Assembly: GCA_017623355.1 (NCBI GenBank) | Contig: JAGAPG010000014.1 | Location: forward strand, 6,272-70,271 | Direction: 5' to 3' | Source of the DNA: Clostridia bacterium | GTDB lineage: Bacteria; Bacillota; Clostridia; Oscillospirales; CAG-272 | DNA length: 64,000 bases | Part shown: piece by piece, positions 56,573-64,000 of the stretch | How positions within the stretch are numbered: the stretch's first letter is position 1 | Layout of the letters: every line of letters begins with the position of its first letter | Notes under the pieces: generated by a model | Database searches by the model: none | Told to the model about the DNA's origin: nothing | The model's input: the letters and a program-made list of their open reading frames with translations, nothing else | Made by a program: the position numbers and the translations under genes

Positions 56573-58321
56573 TTATTTATCAAGCATATCATTTATGTGT
56601 TTTTCGTTTGGAGTAACATAAGCAGTCCAATTCACGTGATATATAACAAATCCGGGCTTTGAGCCTGCCGGCTTTTTTATATGCTTTATTTGAGTATAAT
56701 CCACTGCTATATTATCACCCTCTGCTTTAGAATAATATGCGGCAATTTCAGCAGCCTCGGTAAAATCCTTTTCTGAGGGTTCTTCTCCGTTTGATTGCAT
56801 AAGAACATGAGAGCCCGGAAGATTTTTTACGTGAAACCACCAATCCGTTTTAGCTGAAAGCTTGGTTGTTATATGATCGTTTTGTTTATTATTTTTACCG
56901 CAAAGAACAATATATCCGCCGCTTGTTTTAAATTTCAAAGGCTTTGGCGCTTGCGATTTGGACACACTGTAATTTTTCATTCTTGAAGCATATCCACTAT
57001 GATAAAGCTCATCTCTTATTTCGTTAAGATCGCTTTCGGTTTCGGCCTTTGTTAAGGAATCAAACACGGTAGAGATATATTCCTTTTCCGCGATTGCAAT
57101 ATCTATCTGCTTTGCTATTTCAATCTTAGCAGTCTTCGCCTTATTATATTTTTTATAATAGCGCTGAGCGTTTTGAGATGGTGTGAGCTTATTGTCAAGC
57201 GGTATTTTTATGATAGGACAGCTTTCGTCATAATAATTTACAGCCTCTATAGATGTCATACCTCTTTTCATAAGATATATATTAGACGTTATAAGATCTG
57301 CGTAAAGCTTATACAGTTCGCTTTCCTCAGTGTTTTCAAGCTCTTCTCTTTGAATAGCTATTTTTCTTATAATTCTATTTTCCGCATTCGTAAGAAGCTT
57401 AAAAATATCAGAGGATTTTTGTCTTATTCTTTCGTTTTTGCTCTTTTTGGCATAAAAATTATCTATAAGCTCGCTAAAAGATTCATAATTTTGATTAGAA
57501 TAAGCATTACCGTAAAAATCAAGCGAAAAATATGAGTATTCTACCATAATTCCGATACTGTCAACAATAACGGTAGGATTTGCTGTATTATTTTTTATAG
57601 AGTTAAAAACAGCGTCAAAAGCATCAAAAAGCTTATTTGTATCCGCTTCCGCAATTATAGAATCTATAGAACCCGTCGCTTTATACGCGATCTGTCTTGC
57701 GGTGCTTTGAGCAATACCCATAAAATGCGCCAATATAAATTTGTCGCATCGCATCTCTGAACTCGATTTTTTAAGAATATCAAGAAATTCTTCTTTTGTC
57801 GTTTTCAACGGATCAAGCTTATCCTGCTTTGGCGGGAGCTCGTATATCATACCGGTCAAAACGGGTCTTTGAGTGCTTGTGGTAAGATCTACAGATCTCA
57901 ATGGCGAAATTATCTTTTTTTTCGCATCGATCAATATAAGATTGCTGTATTTGCCCATTATCTCGCAAATTATATATTTCTTAGATTTGAAGCCCATATC
58001 GTCATAAGCTTCAAATTCAAGCTCGCATACGCGATCGTATCCGTATTGTGATGCGCCAAGTAGCTTTGCCCCTGAAAGATGCTTTCTTAGAAGCATACAG
58101 AACATTGGCGCTTTTATCGGGTTTTCCGTTTGATTCTTGGTAAAGTTCATTCTCGGATAATTCGAGCCTACATTTATAAGAAGTCTAAGGCTTTGCGTTT
58201 TTGAACGAAGCAAAAAAACTATTTCATCGTTTGACGGCTGATATATTTTTTCAACCTTGCAAATATCCTTTGATTTTATTTCCTCAATTATCAAATGAAG
58301 CATACCTGCATCGTATGCCAT
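56573..58321 (-). CDS. rqcH: ribosome quality-control NFACT protein RqcH (FbpA-like)
   Basis: NFACT-N domain (MAYDAGMLHLIIEEI...), a coiled-coil middle region, and NFACT-R (WWFHVKNLPGSHV). 582 aa. Confidence 0.88.
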   Translation of the reverse strand: MAYDAGMLHLIIEEIKSKDICKVEKIYQPSNDEIVFLLRSKTQSLRLLINVGSNYPRMNFTKNQTENPIKAPMFCMLLRKHLSGAKLLGASQYGYDRVCELEFEAYDDMGFKSKKYIICEIMGKYSNLILIDAKKKIISPLRSVDLTTSTQRPVLTGMIYELPPKQDKLDPLKTTKEEFLDILKKSSSEMRCDKFILAHFMGIAQSTARQIAYKATGSIDSIIAEADTNKLFDAFDAVFNSIKNNTANPTVIVDSIGIMVEYSYFSLDFYGNAYSNQNYESFSELIDNFYAKKSKNERIRQKSSDIFKLLTNAENRIIRKIAIQREELENTEESELYKLYADLITSNIYLMKRGMTSIEAVNYYDESCPIIKIPLDNKLTPSQNAQRYYKKYNKAKTAKIEIAKQIDIAIAEKEYISTVFDSLTKAETESDLNEIRDELYHSGYASRMKNYSVSKSQAPKPLKFKTSGGYIVLCGKNNKQNDHITTKLSAKTDWWFHVKNLPGSHVLMQSNGEEPSEKDFTEAAEIAAYYSKAEGDNIAVDYTQIKHIKKPAGSKPGFVIYHVNWTAYVTPNEKHINDMLDK

Positions 58322-58322
58322 A

Positions 58323-58997
58323 TTAATCCTCCCTATAACAAATACAATAATACGTCTCGCTTATCATTTTAAGTCCGCATTTCTCTGCAGTCTTTTGCGA
58401 GCCTATATTTTCCTTTGGCGCAGTATACGCTACCGCTTCTTCTCCCTTAGACAAAAGATGCTTTATCATAGCAGTTATATTTGACGCGCCATATCCCTTT
58501 TTTCTGTGTTTTTCGTTTGTGAATACATTTATCTCCTTTGCATTCAAAAAAGCATCCGACGCATTTATTTCGCACACAGAAACGATTTGATTATCTATTA
58601 CGGTAACAAAATATCCGTCCTCGCTATCCTCAAGCTCATATTCGGTAAGATTCTTATATTTACCTAACGAATTTATAAATATCGTAGACGGCAATATCAA
58701 CTTATCATCATAAGAATCTGCAGTATAAGTATATATGTGCTTGGGAAAATAATCATCGGTAAAATAGTTCCACGATGATATTACAGGAAGAAGGCTTTCT
58801 TCTAAAAAGTCTATCGCTTCCTTGCAAAAGGGATCGTGTGAGAAATTTTCTTCAAAGCTTTTAGCGATATCAACCGTTTTTTTAAACGAGCATATCCTAA
58901 GCCCGTTTTTGTTTTTTGTTACCTCTATTGGAACAAGTGTTTCTGCTTTCGATTCAAAAAGCTCTGCTTCCAAATTGCGATCTTCAAGCTCTATCAC
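58323..58997 (-). CDS. GNAT-family N-acetyltransferase with N-terminal extra domain
   Basis: The C-terminal segment HRKKGYGASNITAMIKHL...NIGSQKTAEKCG is an acetyl-CoA-binding motif. GTG 58997 (GAAAGGG 9 nt upstream) is preferred over the track start TTG 59039, which lacks an SD. Confidence 0.7.
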   Translation of the reverse strand: MIELEDRNLEAELFESKAETLVPIEVTKNKNGLRICSFKKTVDIAKSFEENFSHDPFCKEAIDFLEESLLPVISSWNYFTDDYFPKHIYTYTADSYDDKLILPSTIFINSLGKYKNLTEYELEDSEDGYFVTVIDNQIVSVCEINASDAFLNAKEINVFTNEKHRKKGYGASNITAMIKHLLSKGEEAVAYTAPKENIGSQKTAEKCGLKMISETYYCICYRED

Positions 58998-59164
58998 ATT
59001 ATCACGCCCTTTCTTTTTTATTTTACACCATACAGACAATTAAGTCAAATATTTTTTATTTTATTTTTAAAATATTATAGAAATTCATTTAATTTTATGG
59101 TATACTGTACTGTGAAGCGGTATGCTTAGCCCAATTTCCGCATAGCCGCACGAAAGGATATTAA

Positions 59165-61537
59165 ATGACTACATATAACGAAATTTGTGAAAAGTTCACT
59201 TTACCTATGATCCCACTAAGAGGCATTGTTGCTTTCCCCGGCGTTCCTATAAGCCTTGAATTTGCGCGTCCATTTTCAAAGGCTGCCGTGGAATATGCTC
59301 AAAAAGCCGGCTCCTTTGTTTTTCTTACAGCTCAAAAAGATCCTACAAATGAAGAAAAAATAATTTCAAACATTCATAATGTAGGTGTTTGCGCTAAAAT
59401 TAAGCAAATAATCAAAGGAAACGATGGTACTCTCAAGGCTGTTATGGAGGGCTTTTGCCGTGCAGAAATACAAAAAGTAGAAACCTCTGGTGGATTTTAT
59501 ATTTGCGATGTTATATCTAAAGATGTAATGATTGAAAACTATCCTATCGCAAAGGAAGAGGCACTTTTAAGAAGATTAAGAAGCAGTATTGAAAAGCTTG
59601 TAGCGTTTTTCAATTCTCCCGCAAATGATTTTATGTCCAAGTCTTCTCTCATTGGTGATATTGGATTTTTAAGCGATTTTACCGCTGCGAATATTTTGAT
59701 AAAAAATGATGATAAGCAAGCTATTCTTGAAATATTTGACAAATATAAAAGAGCCGAGGCTCTTATTCAAATATTAGCTCGTGAGGCTTATGTAATGCGT
59801 CTTGAAGCACAGATCCGTAAAAAAACGCAGGCAAAAATGGAAGAAAACCAAAAGGAATTCTTCTTAAGAGAGCAAATGAAGATTATACAAAACGAGCTTG
59901 GAAACGATTCTCAAAGCGATTCTGAGGAGCTTTTTGATCAAATTGTATCAAAGCATTTTCCTAAAAAGGTCGAGGAAAAGCTTTTGAAAGAGCTTTACAA
60001 ATTCAACAAGACTCCTTTCGGCACGCCCGAAGCTAATGTTTTGAGAACATATCTTGAAACCTGTATAGAGATTCCCTTCGGTAAGTTTTCCAAGGATTCA
60101 ACCGATACAAAGACTGTAAGAAAGATACTTGACGCAGATCATTACGGTCTTAAAAAGGTCAAGGAAAGAATCCTTGAATTTATTGCTGTCAAGGAATTAA
60201 ATCCTGAAATTAAGAATCAAATAATTTGCCTTGTAGGTCCTCCCGGTGTCGGAAAAACATCTCTTTGTGCTTCTATTGCAAGAGCTCTTAAGAGAAAATA
60301 TGTTCGTGTTTCTCTTGGCGGAATACGCGACGAGGCAGATATACGCGGTCACAGAAAAACGTATGTAGGCGCTATGCCGGGCAGAATCATCAATGCTCTT
60401 ATTGAGTGTAAAACATCAAATCCCCTTATGGTTCTTGATGAAATTGATAAAATGACCTCAGATTCACGCGGAGATCCTGCTTCTGCTATGCTTGAGGTCC
60501 TTGATTCCGAACAAAACAAGGCATTTAGAGATCATTTTGTGGAGATGGATGTTGATCTTTCGAGCTGTATGTTTATTGCGACTGCAAATACTCTTTCCTC
60601 TATCCCTGCTCCGCTTATCGACAGAATGGAAATTATAGAGCTTTCTTCTTATACAAGAACAGAAAAACTCAATATAGCGAAGGAGCATCTTATATCAAAG
60701 CAATTAAAGCGCCACGGTCTTAGTAAAAAATCTCTTAAGATCAGTGACAGCGCAATATATGATATTATCGATTCCTACACTGCGGAAGCAGGCGTACGTA
60801 ATCTTGAGCGTGAAATTGCTTCTCTTTGCAGAAAGGCTGCAAAAGATATAATTGAAAAGGGTGTGAAATCTGTTTCTGTCGATTCCGAAAACATATCCTC
60901 TTATCTCGGAGCTAAAAAATTCGAGCCGGAAAAAATCGAGGAAGCAAATTCTATCGGCGTTGTAAACGGTATGGCTTACACCTCAATAGGCGGAGATCTT
61001 TTAAAAATCGAAGCATCTGTAATGAAGGGAACGGGAAAGCTCCAGCTTACAGGTAGCCTTGGCGATGTTATGAAGGAATCTGCGGAGATCGCTATAAGCT
61101 TCGTTCGCGAAAACGCTGAAAGGCTCGGAATAAACCCCGATTTTTATGCTAACAATGATATTCATATACACGTTCCCGAGGGTGCTGTTCCCAAGGATGG
61201 ACCAAGCGCCGGCGTTACTATGGCAACCGCGCTTATAAGCGTCCTTTCTTCACGTCCGGTAAAACGAGATATTTCAATGACAGGAGAAATAACCCTTAGA
61301 GGAAAGGTTTTGCCCATCGGCGGTCTTAAAGAAAAGTCTCTTGCTGCATACTCTGCGGGTGTTACAAGCATCATTATTCCTTACGGCAATATTAAAGATA
61401 TTGATGAGCTCGATCCCACGGTTAAGGAAAACGTTAAATTTATTCCTTGTAAAACAATATTCGATGTTTTAGATGCATCTCTTTCTTCCGATGAAGAAGT
61501 GATTGCGTTTATAAGTCAATACGCTACAAGCAGGTGA
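59165..61537 (+). CDS. lon: ATP-dependent Lon protease
   Basis: LON N-domain LPMIPLRGIVAFPG, Walker A GPPGVGKTS, VLDEIDK, and catalytic PKDGPSAGVTM...K. Confidence 0.97.
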   Translation: MTTYNEICEKFTLPMIPLRGIVAFPGVPISLEFARPFSKAAVEYAQKAGSFVFLTAQKDPTNEEKIISNIHNVGVCAKIKQIIKGNDGTLKAVMEGFCRAEIQKVETSGGFYICDVISKDVMIENYPIAKEEALLRRLRSSIEKLVAFFNSPANDFMSKSSLIGDIGFLSDFTAANILIKNDDKQAILEIFDKYKRAEALIQILAREAYVMRLEAQIRKKTQAKMEENQKEFFLREQMKIIQNELGNDSQSDSEELFDQIVSKHFPKKVEEKLLKELYKFNKTPFGTPEANVLRTYLETCIEIPFGKFSKDSTDTKTVRKILDADHYGLKKVKERILEFIAVKELNPEIKNQIICLVGPPGVGKTSLCASIARALKRKYVRVSLGGIRDEADIRGHRKTYVGAMPGRIINALIECKTSNPLMVLDEIDKMTSDSRGDPASAMLEVLDSEQNKAFRDHFVEMDVDLSSCMFIATANTLSSIPAPLIDRMEIIELSSYTRTEKLNIAKEHLISKQLKRHGLSKKSLKISDSAIYDIIDSYTAEAGVRNLEREIASLCRKAAKDIIEKGVKSVSVDSENISSYLGAKKFEPEKIEEANSIGVVNGMAYTSIGGDLLKIEASVMKGTGKLQLTGSLGDVMKESAEIAISFVRENAERLGINPDFYANNDIHIHVPEGAVPKDGPSAGVTMATALISVLSSRPVKRDISMTGEITLRGKVLPIGGLKEKSLAAYSAGVTSIIIPYGNIKDIDELDPTVKENVKFIPCKTIFDVLDASLSSDEEVIAFISQYATSR

Positions 61538-61540
61538 AAA

Positions 61541-62143
61541 ATGAAGATCAACACTAATAATGTAACTTTAAAAATAAGCGCGGGAAAGGCATCTCAATTT
61601 TTACGCAATCCTGTACCGCAGGTCGCTTTTTCGGGAAGATCAAACGTTGGTAAAAGCTCTCTTATAAATACTCTGCTTAACAGAAAAGCTCTTGCAAGAG
61701 TCAGTAGTACTCCCGGAAAGACTATAACCGTAAATTTTTACGATGTAGACTCAAAGCTCTTTTTAGTAGATCTGCCCGGTTACGGATATGCAAAAAGGAC
61801 TGCTGCCGAACAGGCAGTATGGTCCAATTTGGTTGACGGATATTTTACTAAAAACCCAAACATCGATCTTCTTAAGCTCGTTATTCAATTAGTAGATTCA
61901 CGCACCGGCTACACAAGAGACGATCTTGATATGATTTCTTATATGAATGAAGCCGATGTTCCCTATATAATCGTTGCTACTAAGGTGGATAAATTAAACA
62001 AAACAGAAAGAAAAAATTCAGTTGAAAAACTCATTTCAAACCCTATATTAAGAGATGGAACTACTATTATCCTCTTTTCATCCGAAACAAGAGAGGGTAA
62101 GGATGATGTTTGGAATGAAATATTCAGATATTCGGAGAATTAA
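61541..62143 (+). CDS. engB: ribosome biogenesis GTPase YsxC/EngB
   Basis: GRSNVGKSSLIN (G1), DLPGYGY (G3) and ATKVDK (G4). lon-engB synteny matches Bacillus. Confidence 0.93.
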   Translation: MKINTNNVTLKISAGKASQFLRNPVPQVAFSGRSNVGKSSLINTLLNRKALARVSSTPGKTITVNFYDVDSKLFLVDLPGYGYAKRTAAEQAVWSNLVDGYFTKNPNIDLLKLVIQLVDSRTGYTRDDLDMISYMNEADVPYIIVATKVDKLNKTERKNSVEKLISNPILRDGTTIILFSSETREGKDDVWNEIFRYSEN

Positions 62144-62815
62144 ATGGATATTGCTGATATCTTAAGCTTAATAATTACTGTTCCCGTAATTTTATTAGCT
62201 CTTACTTTTCACGAATGTGCTCACGGCTTTGTTGCATATAAGTTAGGAGATCCAACAGCGAAAATAAACGGCAGGCTATCTCTTAACCCGATGCACCATA
62301 TAGATCTGTTCGGTGCGATTTCTATGCTTCTTTTCCATTTCGGATGGGCAAAGCCTGTGCCCATAAACACAAGATATTTTAAAAATCAAAAGGTCGGTAT
62401 GGCGCTTTCTGCTCTTGCCGGTCCTGTAACGAATCTTTTACTTGGTTTTATAGGCTGCTTCTTTTATTCTCTCGTTCTTTTTGCTTTCAAGGACGTTTCG
62501 GTAAATAGAATTACCTATTGGCTGATTTTTATTATACTTGAGTTTTTCTTTTATTTTGCTTGGTTAAATATTTCTTTGGCAATATTTAATCTAATACCGC
62601 TTCCCCCTCTTGACGGTTCAAGAATTTTTATGGTGTTTTTGCCGGAAAGAATATATTTTAAAATTATGCGATATGAAAGAGAGATCGCTGTTTGCTTCTT
62701 TGCAATCCTTCTTTTAGATTCGAGATTGCTTGGAGGTTATATTACAAGCGGGCTTTCTTATGTTGTGAATTTTGTTTTCAACGGATTCATGACACTATTC
62801 TCTTTTATTTTTTGA
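62144..62815 (+). CDS. site-2 (M50) family zinc metalloprotease
   Basis: HECAHG (HExxH) in TM1 and NLIPLPPLDGSRI (LDG motif). Confidence 0.85.
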   Translation: MDIADILSLIITVPVILLALTFHECAHGFVAYKLGDPTAKINGRLSLNPMHHIDLFGAISMLLFHFGWAKPVPINTRYFKNQKVGMALSALAGPVTNLLLGFIGCFFYSLVLFAFKDVSVNRITYWLIFIILEFFFYFAWLNISLAIFNLIPLPPLDGSRIFMVFLPERIYFKIMRYEREIAVCFFAILLLDSRLLGGYITSGLSYVVNFVFNGFMTLFSFIF

Positions 62816-62822
62816 GGTATAA

Positions 62823-63605
62823 ATGGAACAAATCGTTTATAAAATTGAGCAATTTGAAGGTCCTTTAGACCTACTTCTTTCTCTTATTTCCAAAAATAAA
62901 ATGAATATCGAGGATATTCAAATTTCAGTTATATGCGATCAGTATATGGATTATATCAGCAAGATGCAGTCTATGAATATTGAGCTTTCTGCTGAATTTA
63001 TCGTTATGGCATCTGAGCTTATGTATATAAAAAGTAAAATACTTCTTCCGAGAATAAACGAGGAGGAGGAAGATCCGCGTGAGGCGCTTGCTGCTGCACT
63101 TTTGGAATATCAACGAGCAAAGGAAGCCTCTCAAAAGCTTGGCGGAATGTACGCTATATATAACGGACGTATGGTAAAGGACACTGATGAAATTTCTGTT
63201 GATCGCTCTTACGTTGCTGATCACGATATAAATCTGCTTTCTGTTGCGCTTACCAGAGTTATGAACAGTATTCAAATAACCGACGAGGAAGCATCCGAAA
63301 AAATCAAGCCTCTTATAAGCACGCGTACTGTATCCGTAAATGAAAGAGTTTTCGCCATTCTCAGAATTCTTTTGAAAAATCAAGGGCGAGTTGACGTTAT
63401 GAAATGCTTTAACGGAGTTACAACCAAGCACGAGCTCGTTGCTACCTTTATGGCGTTATTGGAAATGCTTAAATCGGGTAGAATTTTTATAAAAGAAGAA
63501 GAAATAGATTTCTCCGAGACAGGAGTTATTGATCTTCAAAAAAATATTTATATTGAATTATTCTCAGGAAAGATCAGGAACGCAGAGGTAGAAAACAATG
63601 GATAA
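62823..63605 (+). CDS. scpA: segregation and condensation protein A
   Basis: FEGPLDLLLSLISKNKMNIEDIQIS.... Confidence 0.92.
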   Translation: MEQIVYKIEQFEGPLDLLLSLISKNKMNIEDIQISVICDQYMDYISKMQSMNIELSAEFIVMASELMYIKSKILLPRINEEEEDPREALAAALLEYQRAKEASQKLGGMYAIYNGRMVKDTDEISVDRSYVADHDINLLSVALTRVMNSIQITDEEASEKIKPLISTRTVSVNERVFAILRILLKNQGRVDVMKCFNGVTTKHELVATFMALLEMLKSGRIFIKEEEIDFSETGVIDLQKNIYIELFSGKIRNAEVENNG

Positions 63606-64000
63606 TATTCAAAAGGTTGAAACCAAGGATCTTGAAAAGGCAATCGAAGCCATTTTGTTTGCGGCAGGTCATCCTATGACATATTCAAAGCTTGCCGAGG
63701 TTCTTGGATATACAGAAAGTCAAATCAAGAAAAAGGTTAAGGCTTATGCAGAAAAATATAACGATAACGATAAAAGAGGAATTATGCTTCTCTGCTTCGA
63801 AAGCTCTTGCCAATTATGTACCAAGGAGCAATTCCTACCTTACATAAAAGAGGCGCTTGGTATAAGAAAGGGTGGAAATTTATCTGCTTCATCGCTTGAG
63901 GTTTTGGCAATAATCGCATATAACGAACCTGTTACTCGTACATTCATAGATACTGTAAGAAAGGTCGATAGCGCGTATATTGTCGGAAATCTTTGCGAAA
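63598..64000 (+). CDS. scpB: segregation and condensation protein B (3' end beyond window)
   Basis: My own translation from ATG 63598 gives MDNIQKVETKDLEKAIEAILFAAGHPMTYSKLAEVLG...SSLEVLAIIAYNEPVTR. It overlaps the scpA stop by 8 nt. Confidence 0.9.
   Translation, partial: MDNIQKVETKDLEKAIEAILFAAGHPMTYSKLAEVLGYTESQIKKKVKAYAEKYNDNDKRGIMLLCFESSCQLCTKEQFLPYIKEALGIRKGGNLSASSLEVLAIIAYNEPVTRTFIDTVRKVDSAYIVGNLCE

Noticed and set aside
59040-59164. Heat-shock operators (CtsR repeat, CIRCE) upstream of lon.
   Set aside because: Only a single GTCAAA half-site is present, with no tandem repeat and no TTAGCACTC-N9-GAGTGCTAA. A 5' UTR hairpin (gcggtatgc/gcatagccgc) exists, but it does not identify a known operator.

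Overview
This 64-kb window is chromosomal DNA from a low-GC, spore-forming Firmicute that looks like a member of the Clostridia. GC content was judged by eye, not computed. The sporulation genes dpaA/dpaB, gpr and a SigH-like sigma factor support that placement. Gene density is high. About 60 CDS have good Shine-Dalgarno sites, and many hairpin plus T-run terminators are visible.

The backbone is housekeeping:
- rpmB; secA; trmL; trmB
- polA-ispE-guaB; eno
- large SRP RNA-dnaX-ybaB-recR
- rlmB; dCMP deaminase; rqcH
- lon-engB-M50 protease-scpA-scpB

Other recognisable content:
- A carbohydrate block at roughly 4-17.6 kb holds araB, two glycoside-hydrolase-like genes, fucI, an esterase and an NTP-transferase.
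- A thiamine module reads thiN, TPP riboswitch, thiT.
- One tRNA carries a CAT anticodon.

I found no CRISPR array, IS element, transposase, integrase, prophage or recognisable defence system.

The loci most worth a second look are these:
1. An 856-aa single-polypeptide ECF-type sigma factor. It has a roughly 670-aa non-membrane extension, an internal SD+ATG at the domain junction, and a duplicated C-terminal module.
2. A MerR-HTH::FGGY sugar-kinase fusion behind a promoter with a 19-bp spacer, translationally coupled to a GH32-like gene.
3. A self-contained VTC-domain/DUF4956 two-gene module.
4. Two uncharacterised polytopic membrane proteins translationally coupled to secA.
5. A 755-aa membrane protein with P1B-ATPase-like architecture but no catalytic motifs, abutting the TIGR03960/TIGR03936 radical-SAM pair.
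6. A GC-rich, apparently structured 130-nt intergenic element upstream of a GyrI-like gene.

All family assignments come from reading motifs by eye, and none was confirmed by a database search.
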